Part shown: piece by piece, positions 55,201-63,576 of the stretch
Layout of the letters: each line of letters opens with the position of its first letter
Numbering within the stretch: the stretch's first letter is position 1
Source of the DNA: Kofleriaceae bacterium
GTDB taxonomy: Bacteria; Myxococcota_A; Polyangia; Haliangiales; Haliangiaceae
Reading direction: 5' to 3'
Assembly: GCA_035500135.1 (NCBI GenBank)
Contig: DATJXL010000089.1
Location: forward strand, 7,645-71,644
Length of the DNA stretch: 64,000 bases
Made by a program: the position numbers and the translations under genes
Notes under the pieces: model-generated
What the model saw: the letters and a program-made list of their open reading frames with translations, nothing else
Told to the model about the DNA's origin: nothing
Databases searched by the model: none

Positions 55201-56536
55201 GCTCGTGCGCGGCGAGCTGCGCCCCGGAGCGACCGGCATCGACTGGTGCGATCCCGAAGTCCTGCGCCAGATCCGCCGCCGCACGCTCGCGAAGCTACGC
55301 GCGCAGGTCGCGCCGGTCGCGGACGCGACGTTCGCGGCGTTCCTGCCGCGCTGGCACGGGCTCGATCGCCCGCGCCGCGGCATCGGCGCGCTGCGCGACG
55401 CGATCGCGCGGCTCGAAGGTCTGCCGCTGCCGTTCGCGGAGCTCGAGGCGCGCGTCCTGCCCGGCCGCGTGGTCGACTACCACCCGCGCATGCTCGACGA
55501 GCTCGGCGCCGCGGGCGAGCTGGCCTGGATCGGCGCCGGCAAGCTCGCGCGCGACGGCCGCGTGATCCTGGTGCGGCGTGCCCGCGCCCGCGCGCTCGCG
55601 CCCGATCCGGTGCCGCCCGAGCCCGCGTCGCCGCTGCACGCCGCGATCCTCGAACACCTCGCGCGCGCCGGCGCGTCGTTCTTCGTCGCGATCGAAGATG
55701 CCGCGCGCCGCCCCCGTGCCCCCCGTGTCCTCGATCAGGCCGCGGGCGACGCTTCGTCGCGCGCTGACGTCGTGGCCGCGCTGTGGGATCTCGTCTGGGC
55801 CGGGCTCGTCACCAACGACACGTTCGCGCCGCTGCGCTCGCTCTCCGCGCCGAGCACGCGACGCATGAACCCATCTGCATCGTTCGGCGGCCGGTGGTCG
55901 CTCGTGACCGCGCTCGGCCCCGATCCGACCGACACCGCACGCGCTCACGCCCAGGCGACCGCGCTGCTCGATCGCAGCGGCATCGCGCGCGCGACCGGCC
56001 GCACCGCCGACGTCTTGCGCGCGATGGAGGACGCCGGCACCGTCCGTCGCGGCCACTTCGTCGCCGGGCTCGAGGGTCTGCAGTTCGCGTGGCCGGCCGC
56101 CGTGGATCTCCTCCGCGCGCCGCGGCGCGGCCAGGCACCGCGCGTCGACCTGCTGTCCGTGCTCGATCCCGCGTGCGCGTGGGGGAACGCCCTGCCCTGG
56201 CCGGCGCTGCGCGATCCGAGCGCGCGTCCGATGCAGCGCGCCGGCGCGTGCATCGTCCAGGTCGACGGCGCGCTCGCGCTGTGGATCGAGCCGAGCGCGA
56301 AGCACGTCGCGACCGCCGCGCTCGCCGACGACGTGATCGCGCTCGCGCTCGTGGTCGGGCTGCCGCAGCTCGCGCTCCGCCGGCGTCGCCGGGAGCTCCT
56401 CGTCGCGACGATCGACGGCGAGCCGGCCGCGCACTCGCGCTGGCGCGACGCGATCCCGGGTGCGCGCGCCGACTACCGCGGCCTCGTGATCCCGTGCGCG
56501 GATCGCGCAGGTCAGACAGCTGCAGACAGTCGTTAG
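52253..56536 (+). CDS. lhr: Lhr-like large ATP-dependent DEAD/DEAH-box helicase
   Basis: 1427 aa. ATPVQARGWAAI, Walker A APTGSGKT, DEIH, SATQRP, TSSLELGID, QRIGRAGH. Long C-terminal domain as in Lhr. Confidence 0.9.
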   Translation: MSEDPLAPFGEPARAWFRGAFASATPVQARGWAAIARGRHTLMLAPTGSGKTLAAFLWALDRLATPGAPGTRVVYISPLKALAYDVERNLRAPLAGMGLPIAIDVRTGDTPAKERERQRKQPGEILVTTPESLYLVLAGRSRERLRAVETVIVDEIHALAPTKRGMHLALTLERLAHLTGRDPQRIGLSATQRPLTEVARYLGGDREVEIVDASAPPALDLEIVVPAAEMDHPGTAAKDAEVFRGGDGLWPLLYPRLLDDILAHRSTIVFVNSRRLAERVAQQLSELAVARGMTEDFVRAHHGSVARPQRLAIEEALKAGRLRAIVATSSLELGIDMGAVDLVLQIESPGAVSRGLQRIGRAGHQVGGTSRGRLYPKFRGDLLETAVVARRMAAGDVEPIRVPEGALDVLAQQLVAMVGVEPWRVGELEGVVRRAASYRELPRAAFTGVLDMLAGRYPSDEFADLRPRLTWDRQADVVTARRGAALLAVTSGGTIPDRGLYSVNLGEGGPKVGELDEEMVAESRKGETFLLGASTWRIEDITRDRVIVSPAPGEPGKMPFWRAEGPGRPVELGRALGAFTRELDARIAGGDAPEWLARDYKLDVFAAQNLIAYVAEQRARGGLPTDRAIAIERFRDELGDERACILTPLGSRVHAPWALVLAHRLEQRLGYPVHPLWTDDGIALRFADADVVPGDDELVPDPDSIERELVDELARGSLFASHFRHNAARALLLPRRRPGQRTPLWAQRLRAQQLMGVALRFPDFPITLETYRELLRDVFDLPALLDLLAAIRRGEVAIEATRTDTASPFARSLVFDYVAAYLYQGDAPVAERKAQALTLDRELLRELVGTGELRELLDLDVIAEVEAELQATAEDRRARDADELHDLLRRLGDLSDLEIAARSRVAADALVAAGRARRLTLGGESRVIAADDEPRYRAPDPHDLVPRYARTHGPFTAAAVVARWGVPIASVETALALLASRGQLVRGELRPGATGIDWCDPEVLRQIRRRTLAKLRAQVAPVADATFAAFLPRWHGLDRPRRGIGALRDAIARLEGLPLPFAELEARVLPGRVVDYHPRMLDELGAAGELAWIGAGKLARDGRVILVRRARARALAPDPVPPEPASPLHAAILEHLARAGASFFVAIEDAARRPRAPRVLDQAAGDASSRADVVAALWDLVWAGLVTNDTFAPLRSLSAPSTRRMNPSASFGGRWSLVTALGPDPTDTARAHAQATALLDRSGIARATGRTADVLRAMEDAGTVRRGHFVAGLEGLQFAWPAAVDLLRAPRRGQAPRVDLLSVLDPACAWGNALPWPALRDPSARPMQRAGACIVQVDGALALWIEPSAKHVATAALADDVIALALVVGLPQLALRRRRRELLVATIDGEPAAHSRWRDAIPGARADYRGLVIPCADRAGQTAADSR

Positions 56537-56548
56537 CGGAAAGCCAGA

Positions 56549-56637
56549 ACGCCGCGGCAACTCGACTGGTCGGGTCCGCAGACGGCGCACGCCGCGGCAA
56601 CTCCGCGTAACCACGTGAACGGCCGGCGATCGCCGGC
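56549..56637. repeat. Two 15-nt perfect direct repeats plus a 16-nt perfect palindrome in the lhr-SRPBCC spacer
   Basis: ACGCCGCGGCAACTC at 56549-56563 and 56589-56603. GCCGGCGATCGCCGGC at 56622-56637. Confidence 0.5.
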
Positions 56638-56684
56638 TGGTATCCCGGTTGCTGTTAGGCATCGCAACCCCAAGGAGAAGTGTC

Positions 56685-57155
56685 ATGGCAACCGCCGCCG
56701 CCGCATATCCCGTCCCGTCACCGCTCGCGAGCGAGGTGTCGACGACCCTCACGGTCGGCGCTGGTGTGGCGTACGAGGTGTTCGCCGACGCCGGACAGAT
56801 CCCCCGCTGGTTGCCGCTGCTGCAGCACGCGCACGTGCTCGACCGCCGCGGCGATGGCCGCGCGCGCCGCGTCGCGTTCACGCGCAAGCTCGAGCGCGGA
56901 TCGCTCGGCTACACGCTCGAGTATTCGTACGACCCGAGCACTTACACGATCACGTGGTCCACTCCGGACGGATCGAACGTCGTCCTCACCGGCGAGGCGC
57001 GGTTCGTGCCGCTCTCTGCCCGCGCCTGCATGATGCTCTACCGGCTCGTGATCGAGCTTCCGGTCGTGGACGATCTCCTCGCCGGCGAGCTCGATGGTCA
57101 TCCCGCGTCGTTCGTGGTGGCCGAGTTTCGCGAGCACCTTCGACGCTTCGCGTAG
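56685..57155 (+). CDS. SRPBCC (START / polyketide-cyclase-like) superfamily protein
   Basis: AAGGAG SD before ATG 56685. 156 aa with the typical ...VFADAGQIPRWLPLL...W...G beta-grip pattern. The family call is tentative. Confidence 0.65.
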   Translation: MATAAAAYPVPSPLASEVSTTLTVGAGVAYEVFADAGQIPRWLPLLQHAHVLDRRGDGRARRVAFTRKLERGSLGYTLEYSYDPSTYTITWSTPDGSNVVLTGEARFVPLSARACMMLYRLVIELPVVDDLLAGELDGHPASFVVAEFREHLRRFA

Positions 57156-57248
57156 CCTAGCCTCCCCTACATGCTCTCCGCCGCTCGGTCAGCGGTGGGG
57201 TAACGCGCCGTGAAAACCCGTTGGCTCTCGGGCCGATCGGTTTGTAGA

Positions 57249-58115
57249 GTGAAGATCGTGTCGGAGGAGCGACGGTCGATCGAGAAGGCGGTGGAGGCGG
57301 CGGTGGCGCGGCCGGCATCGCCGGCATCTCGACCACCGGACCCGCCGCGCCTCGCGCGCGGCTCGGAGCCGAACCCCGCGTTCGATCCGACCCAGGAGCT
57401 CGTCGATCTCGAAGCGCGCCTCGATCGCTGCGTCGCCGCGATCGCGATGCACTTCCAGCCGATCGTGCACGCGACGACGCGCGCGCGCTTCGGTTACGAG
57501 GCGCTGCTGCGCTCGGCCGATCGCTCGCTGCCGCATCCCGGCGCGATCCTCGACGCCGCCGAGCGGCTCGAGCGCATCCCGCAGGTCGGACGGGCGGTGC
57601 GCGCGAACGTCGCGAAGACGATCGCCGAGGCGCCGGCCGAGCGCGGCGTCGTGTTCGTGAACCTCCACCTGCTCGACCTGTTCGACAAGCAGCTGCTGTC
57701 GCCGTTCGCGCCGCTGTCGAAGGTCGCGAGCCGCGTCGTGCTCGAGGTCACCGAGCGGACGTCGCTCGACGGCGCGATCGATCTGCCGTATCGCGTCGCC
57801 GAGCTGCGCGAGCTCGGGTTTCGCATCGCGATCGACGACCTCGGCGGCGGCCACGCGCGCATGGGCACGTTCACGCTGCTCGACTGCGACTTCGTCAAGC
57901 TCGACATGTCGCTCGTGCGCGACATCGACCAGCATCCGATGAAGCAGCGGCTCGCGCGCTCGATCACCGACCTGTGCCGCGAGCAAGGCACGAAGATCAT
58001 CGCCGAAGGCATCGAGACCCGGGCCGAGGAGCACGTGCTCGTCGAGCTCGGCTGCGACCTCTTGCAGGGCTATTTGATCGCGAAACCGGCGCTGCCGTTC
58101 TGCGATCCGCTGTAG
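57249..58115 (+). CDS. Stand-alone EAL-domain protein (putative c-di-GMP phosphodiesterase)
   Basis: FQPIV...GYEALLR, VFVNLH, LEVTER, IAIDDLGGG, VKLD, IAEGIET, LQGYL. Track start 57210 (GTG) has poor GC3 for 13 codons, so the GTG at 57249 is preferred; uncertain. Confidence 0.85.
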   Translation: MKIVSEERRSIEKAVEAAVARPASPASRPPDPPRLARGSEPNPAFDPTQELVDLEARLDRCVAAIAMHFQPIVHATTRARFGYEALLRSADRSLPHPGAILDAAERLERIPQVGRAVRANVAKTIAEAPAERGVVFVNLHLLDLFDKQLLSPFAPLSKVASRVVLEVTERTSLDGAIDLPYRVAELRELGFRIAIDDLGGGHARMGTFTLLDCDFVKLDMSLVRDIDQHPMKQRLARSITDLCREQGTKIIAEGIETRAEEHVLVELGCDLLQGYLIAKPALPFCDPL

Positions 58116-58124
58116 CCTCTCGGC

Positions 58125-60950
58125 GTGGCCCGCATCCTCGTGATCGTCGCGGTGGTCGCCGCGGCCGCCGGCGTCGCGCGCGCCGACGACGACGTCGCGC
58201 CGCTCGTCAAGCAGATGCGCGCGATCGAGGTGACCGATCCGTTCTCGGCCGCGAAGCTCGCGCGCCGCATCTACGAGGCGCGCCGAAAGCTCGCCGGCGA
58301 CGACCACGTCGAGACGATCCGCAGCAAGATCGACTGGGCGACGCTGCTCGTGCGCACCGGCGAGTACGCCGGCGCGATCAAGCTCGACCAGGAGCTGGTC
58401 GCGCAAGCCGACAAGCTCCACGGCGCCGACTCCGACGACGCGCGCGACCGGCTGCGCGCCCTGATCGGCGCGTACGAGCTCAACGGCGACGACGCCGACG
58501 CCGCGTTCCAGCGGCTGCTCGCGCTCACGCAGAAGCGCGACGGCGCGACCAGCATGCGCTACATGCACGAGCTGGTCGGTTACGGCCAGTACCTCGGCAT
58601 GCGCCAGCAGGACGCGGCCGCGCAGCAGGCATACGAGCAGGCGCAGCACCTCGCCGACGCCGCCGGCCACCCCGAGCAAGGCCCGATCACCGAGCTCGGC
58701 CTGCTCTACGTGAAGACCGCGCAGTATCCGCGCGCGCAGGCGGTGTTCGATCGCAACGTCGCGAGCCTGGCGTCGGCGCCGGCGCTGCAGCGCTTGCAGC
58801 GCTTGCAGTGGATCGGCTCGATCTTCCACATCCACGGCCGCGACGATCTCGCGAAGCCGTACTACGACCAGGCGCACCAGATCGGCGACGCCGAGATCGC
58901 GCGCGTCGAGAGCGAGCAAGGCCCGGCCGCGCGCGAGCTCGCGCCCGTCCTGTTCACGACCGGCTGGATGCTCTACGAGACCGGCGACTACGCGAACGCC
59001 GATCGCGTGCTGACCCGGCTGGTCGCGCTGCAGGAGAAGCTGCACGAGTCGATCGTGTCGTACGCGCAGCTCGCGAGCGCGCGGCGCGCGCTGGGCCGTC
59101 CGAAGGAGGCGCTCGACCTGTTCGGCAAGGCGAAGGATCAGATGGCCCGGCTGTCGAAGACGAACCACAGCGGCATGAACTCGATGATGGGCGACATCGA
59201 GCGCGAGCTCGGCCACTACAAGCACGCCGAGGAGCTGTACCTCGAGGAACAGGCCGACCTCGATCGCACGCGCGGCAAGGGCGCGATCCTCGGCCAGGGG
59301 CTGCAGCTCGGGCTCGTCGCGATCTACGTCGCGGCGCACGAGCTCGACAAGGCGCAGCGCGTGCTCGCCGAGGATCTCGACATCGCCGAGCGCGAGCTCG
59401 CGACCGTGATGGGCACCGGCACCGAGGCCGATCACCTGACCTACTTCGCGAACCAGGCGAACCAGCTCGACACCGCGATCGCGTTCGACGTCCAGGTCGC
59501 GCCGAAGAGCGCGGCGGCGACGCGGCTCGCGCTGACGACGCTGTTGCGCCGCAAGGGCCGCCCGCTCGACGCGGCCGCCGCGAACCTCGCGACGATCCGC
59601 GGCAAGCTGTCGCCCGAGGATCGGCAGCTGCTCGACGACCTCGCCGACGCGCGCGGCCGGCTCGCGAAGCTCGCGGTCGCGGGCCCGACCGGCGTCGCGG
59701 ACTACGGCAAGCAGGTCGCCGAGCTCGAGGATCGCATCCGCGAGCTCGAGGTCGCGCTCGGCAAGAAGAGCGCGCAGTACAGGGTGATCACGCAGACCGT
59801 CGATGTGCCGGCGGTGCAGGCCAAGATCCCGCGCGACGCCCGACTCGTCGAGCTCGTGAGCTACCAGCCGCGCGACTGGCACGCGCCCGACGTGCCGAAG
59901 CCGCCGCCGCTGCCGCGGCGCTACGCGGCCTACGTGCTCGGCGCGCGCGGCGAGCCGGTGGTGGTCGACCTCGGCCCGGTCCGCGCGATCGACGACGCGA
60001 TCGCGACGTTTCGCAAGGCGCTGGGCTCGCCCGACGACGATCACGTGGCCGAGCGCGCGCGCGCTCTCTACGACCTCGCGTTTCGCCCGATCGTGCCCGC
60101 GCTCGCCGGCGCGAAGCAGGTGCTGATCGCGCCCGACGGCGCGCTCAACCTCGTGCCGTTCGCCGCGCTGCACGACGGCAAGCGCTACCTCGTCGAGGAC
60201 TACACGTTCACGTTCCTGACGTCGGGGCGAGATCTATTGCGCCTCGGCGTGCACGGCAACCCGAGCGGCGGCCCGATCATCTTCGCGGATCCGGACTTCG
60301 ACGGCGGCGACGCACCGGTGCAGCCGGCCGGGCGCCGCTCGCGCTCGCTGACCGGCCTCACGTGGCCGCGGCTGCCCGGCACCGGCCAGGAGGCCGACGC
60401 GATCGCGCCCGCGCTCGCCGACGCGACCGTGCTGCGCGGCAAGCAGGCCACCGAGGCCGCGGTCAAGGCGGTGCACGCACCGCCGGTCCTGCACCTCGCG
60501 ACGCACGGCTTCTTCCTCGAGGGCAGCGACGACAACCCGCTGCTCGCGTCCGGGCTCGCGTTCGCGGGGGCGAACAAGCTCGCGTCGGGACACGAGGACG
60601 GCATCCTGACCGCGCTCGAGGCGTCGGGTCTCGATCTCTGGGGCACCAAGCTCGTCGCGATGTCGGCGTGCGAGACCGGCCTCGGCAAGGTCTCCAACGG
60701 CGACGGCGTGTACGGCCTGCGCCGCGCGCTCGTGATCGCGGGCGCCGAGAGCCTGGTGATGTCGCTGTGGCAGGTCGACGACAAGGCGACGCGCGATCTG
60801 ATGAGCGGCTACTACAAGCGGCTCAAGGCGGGCGAAGGCCGCAGCGCCGCGCTGCGCGCGGTCCAGCTCGAGCTCGCGCACCAGCCCAGGTACGCCCACC
60901 CGTACTTCTGGGCGAGCTTCGTGGCGGCGGGCGACAGCGGCCCGCTCTGA
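58125..60950 (+). CDS. Secreted TPR-repeat CHAT-domain (caspase-like) protease
   Basis: Signal peptide MARILVIVAVVAAAAGVARA. ~600 aa of helical TPR-like repeats. CHAT with His (VLHLATHGFF) and Cys (LVAMSACETG). C-terminus HPYFWASFVAAG is typical of CHAT. Confidence 0.85.
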   Translation: MARILVIVAVVAAAAGVARADDDVAPLVKQMRAIEVTDPFSAAKLARRIYEARRKLAGDDHVETIRSKIDWATLLVRTGEYAGAIKLDQELVAQADKLHGADSDDARDRLRALIGAYELNGDDADAAFQRLLALTQKRDGATSMRYMHELVGYGQYLGMRQQDAAAQQAYEQAQHLADAAGHPEQGPITELGLLYVKTAQYPRAQAVFDRNVASLASAPALQRLQRLQWIGSIFHIHGRDDLAKPYYDQAHQIGDAEIARVESEQGPAARELAPVLFTTGWMLYETGDYANADRVLTRLVALQEKLHESIVSYAQLASARRALGRPKEALDLFGKAKDQMARLSKTNHSGMNSMMGDIERELGHYKHAEELYLEEQADLDRTRGKGAILGQGLQLGLVAIYVAAHELDKAQRVLAEDLDIAERELATVMGTGTEADHLTYFANQANQLDTAIAFDVQVAPKSAAATRLALTTLLRRKGRPLDAAAANLATIRGKLSPEDRQLLDDLADARGRLAKLAVAGPTGVADYGKQVAELEDRIRELEVALGKKSAQYRVITQTVDVPAVQAKIPRDARLVELVSYQPRDWHAPDVPKPPPLPRRYAAYVLGARGEPVVVDLGPVRAIDDAIATFRKALGSPDDDHVAERARALYDLAFRPIVPALAGAKQVLIAPDGALNLVPFAALHDGKRYLVEDYTFTFLTSGRDLLRLGVHGNPSGGPIIFADPDFDGGDAPVQPAGRRSRSLTGLTWPRLPGTGQEADAIAPALADATVLRGKQATEAAVKAVHAPPVLHLATHGFFLEGSDDNPLLASGLAFAGANKLASGHEDGILTALEASGLDLWGTKLVAMSACETGLGKVSNGDGVYGLRRALVIAGAESLVMSLWQVDDKATRDLMSGYYKRLKAGEGRSAALRAVQLELAHQPRYAHPYFWASFVAAGDSGPL

Positions 60951-61066
60951 GAGGGAGAATTACCGCCAAGGCGCCTGAGACGCCAAGGCGCCAGAAGAAG
61001 TGGATCGGCCCGAATCGTTCCGCTGGCGCCTTGGCTCTGCTGGCGCCTTGGGGGTAACTCTTCTCA
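60951..61066. repeat. Composite ~115-bp palindrome filling the convergent CHAT/bamB spacer; probable bidirectional terminator or REP-like element
   Basis: GCCAAGGCGCC at 60965-60975 and 60982-60992. Reverse complements GGCGCCTTGGC at 61025-61035 and GGCGCCTTGGg at 61042-61052. Flanks GAGGGAGAATTAC / GTAACTCTTCTC are also partly complementary. Confidence 0.6.
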
Positions 61067-62218
61067 GTCGAGGTCGAACGCGTACAGGATGCCGCGGTTC
61101 GACATCACGAACAGCCGGCCGTCGGACGTGACCGTCGGCTGCGCCGAGACGCCGTCGCCGGGGTCGAAGTACTCGACGGTGCGGCCGCTCTTGCGCTCGG
61201 CGAGAAACAGGCCGTCCTCGGCGAGCGAGTACAGGAGCAAGTCGTTGTGGAGGACCGGCGTGCCGGGCTCGCCGCCGCCGCGCGCGCCGACGCGCCACAG
61301 GATGTTGCCGGCGAGGTCGATCGCGTACGTGCCGAGGTCGGCGACCGAGACGTAGAGCGTCTTGCCGTCGCTGGCGAGCCCGCCGACGTTGCCGGTCGCG
61401 CTCGGCGCGCCGACGTCGTAGAACGGCACGCGCCAGCGCACGAGGCCGGTCGCCTTGTCGAGCGCGAACACGCCGCCCGACGACGACGACGTGTAGACGA
61501 GCTCGCCGAGCACGAGCGGCGTCGCGTCGACATCCATGAAGCGTTCGGCATCGCCCTTGAGCGAGGTCGACCACGCGACCGAGCCGGTGTCCTTGCGCAG
61601 CGCGACCATCGTGCCGTTCGAGAAGCCGGTGTAGATGAGCTCGCCGTCGACCACGACGCCGGCGTGGCCGCGGAGCGTGTACTCCTCGGGCGTCTCGCTC
61701 TTGTACTGCCACCTGAACTTGCCGGTGTTGGCGTCGAGCGAGACGACCTGGTCGGCCTCGTTCGCGAAGTAGACGACATCGCCGACGATCGTCGGCGTCT
61801 GCTCGATCGGACCGCGGCTCTGGTAGCGCCACTGCTGCTTGCCGGTCTGCGCGTCGAGCGCGACGAGCACGCCCTCGGTCGTCGCGATGTAGAGCAGCCC
61901 GCCGCTGACGAGCGGCGCACACGCGACGCCGCCGATGTCCTTGCGCCAGCGCATCGCGCCGTTCGCGGCGCGCAGCGCGAAGAACTTGCCGCCCGACGAG
62001 CCGATGTACAGCGTGTCGCCGTAGACCGCGGCCGCCGCGAACTCCTGCGGCGCGATCTCCTGGAGTCGATCGGCGGTGACGAACCGCCACTTGAGCGACA
62101 GCCGATCCTCACCAGCTTCCTCGACGGGCTGGGCGCTCATCGCGTCGGCGCGGCGAAACGGCACGCGCCCGCAGCCGACCGCGGCGAGCACGAGCAGCGC
62201 GGCCGCAAGCCTCGTCAC
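61064..62218 (-). CDS. bamB: Outer-membrane protein assembly factor BamB (PQQ-like beta-propeller lipoprotein)
   Basis: MTRLAAALLVLAAVGCG lipobox. Repeated G.(L/V)(Y/F)..(S/T)..G.(L/V).A(L/V)D..TG...W blades. GTG at 62218 overlaps the upstream stop (GTGA). Confidence 0.9.
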   Translation of the reverse strand: MTRLAAALLVLAAVGCGRVPFRRADAMSAQPVEEAGEDRLSLKWRFVTADRLQEIAPQEFAAAAVYGDTLYIGSSGGKFFALRAANGAMRWRKDIGGVACAPLVSGGLLYIATTEGVLVALDAQTGKQQWRYQSRGPIEQTPTIVGDVVYFANEADQVVSLDANTGKFRWQYKSETPEEYTLRGHAGVVVDGELIYTGFSNGTMVALRKDTGSVAWSTSLKGDAERFMDVDATPLVLGELVYTSSSSGGVFALDKATGLVRWRVPFYDVGAPSATGNVGGLASDGKTLYVSVADLGTYAIDLAGNILWRVGARGGGEPGTPVLHNDLLLYSLAEDGLFLAERKSGRTVEYFDPGDGVSAQPTVTSDGRLFVMSNRGILYAFDLD

Positions 62219-62955
62219 TCGGCTCCGAGCGCGATCAAGCGCTGGTCGATCAGCACGACCAGCGGCGTGTCCTTGCCGAGCTCCTTGGCCTTCGCGAACG
62301 CGGTCCGGGCGTCGGCGGGCTTGCCGAGCAGCTCGAGCAGGCGAGCCTGGTGATAGAGCGCGTACGCGCGGCGCGGGCCCTTGTCGTCGGGCTGCATCGC
62401 CTGGAACGCGGCGAGTGCCTCCTCGAAACCCTTCTGGCGCGTGGCCGGATCCTTCTCGGCCTCGGCCTTGGCCTCGAGCGCGAGCCCGAGGCCTTCGCGC
62501 GCGAGCACGCCTTCGATGCCGGGCTCGGCCTGCGCGCGCTTGTACTCCGCGATCGCCTCGTCGATCTTGCCGGCCTCGAACAGCGCGCCTGCCTTGTAGC
62601 CGGCGCCCGCGAGGTCGGTCTCCTGCTTGCCGAGCGTGTCGAGCACGGCGTTCGCGCGCTCCTTCGTGTCGGCGAACGACGGCTGCTTCTCCTTCGGATC
62701 GGGAGGCTCGCCGGGAGTGCGCACCGTACGGTCGCCGACGTCGAGCACCTCGGCGAGCTGATCGGTCTGCTTCTCGAGCTTGCGATCCTTGAGCCAGATG
62801 AAGAAGAACACCACGCTCAGGATGACGGCCGTGATCGCGATCGCGATCACGATCTTCTTCATGTGCGGCAGCAGGCGCTCGAGGATCGACTCGCCCCCGA
62901 TCTGCACCGGTTTCGGGTCGAAGCCCGCTGGCTTTTTATCTTCCTTCTTGGCCAC
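62215..62955 (-). CDS. YfgM-like single-pass membrane protein with TPR-like periplasmic domain
   Basis: GTG at 62955. TM at KKIVIAIAITAVILSVVFFFIWL, followed by an Ala/Lys/Glu-rich helical repeat domain. Position immediately upstream of bamB as in E. coli yfgM-bamB-der. Confidence 0.65.
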   Translation of the reverse strand: MAKKEDKKPAGFDPKPVQIGGESILERLLPHMKKIVIAIAITAVILSVVFFFIWLKDRKLEKQTDQLAEVLDVGDRTVRTPGEPPDPKEKQPSFADTKERANAVLDTLGKQETDLAGAGYKAGALFEAGKIDEAIAEYKRAQAEPGIEGVLAREGLGLALEAKAEAEKDPATRQKGFEEALAAFQAMQPDDKGPRRAYALYHQARLLELLGKPADARTAFAKAKELGKDTPLVVLIDQRLIALGAE

Positions 62956-63015
62956 GACGACCCGCGATGTAGCACACTTCCGGGTGCAGTGGCTTGGACC
63001 CCGAACCCCGCGTAC

Positions 63016-63558
63016 ATGTTGCCCGCGATCGTGATCGCGCTGGCGCCGGCGGCCTACGCGGATGGCGACGATCAGGCGGTCTCGGTCGACGTCGGCTGGG
63101 CGACATTCTCGGCGCCCGGCCAGCCGCTCAAGAACTCGACCATGACCCCGCCCGCGGTGTCGCCCGACTTCGGCGGCGCGCTCGGCGTGGTCTACGAGCA
63201 CGGTGTCAGCACCGACATCTCGCTGCGCGGCGAGCTCGCCGGCCACATCTTCACCGGCGGCGAGGACAAGACCCAGACCGACCCGTCGTACGCCGCGCTC
63301 GGCGACGTCGGCGCGGTCTTTCGCTTCGACGTGCTGAAGTACGTGCCGTACGCGTTCGGCGGCGTCGGCGGCGTGTGGTCGACCGGCGGCCCGATCGATC
63401 GCGGCGGCGAATTCGTCGTCGTCATCGGCGGCGGCCTCGACGTGCTGACCAGCCGCGACCGGTCGTGGGGCATCGAAGGCCGGCTCGCGTCGTTCGGCGG
63501 CGACGTCACGGTGCTGTCGGTCGGCCTGCGCGGAACGATCCGCTGGGGCTACTTCTAA
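63016..63558 (+). CDS. Small outer-membrane beta-barrel protein
   Basis: MLPAIVIALAPAAYA signal. Alternating-hydrophobic strands. C-terminal OMP signature GLRGTIRWGYF. Real 3' end of shadow ORF 62350..63558. Confidence 0.75.
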   Translation: MLPAIVIALAPAAYADGDDQAVSVDVGWATFSAPGQPLKNSTMTPPAVSPDFGGALGVVYEHGVSTDISLRGELAGHIFTGGEDKTQTDPSYAALGDVGAVFRFDVLKYVPYAFGGVGGVWSTGGPIDRGGEFVVVIGGGLDVLTSRDRSWGIEGRLASFGGDVTVLSVGLRGTIRWGYF

Positions 63559-63576
63559 CCGGTCAAGGCTGGCGCG

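Noticed and set aside
57189-60173. 994-aa minus ORF opposite the EAL and CHAT genes
   Set aside because: Shadow frame with Arg/Ala/Asp/Glu low-complexity composition. The plus-strand genes have complete EAL and CHAT motif sets.
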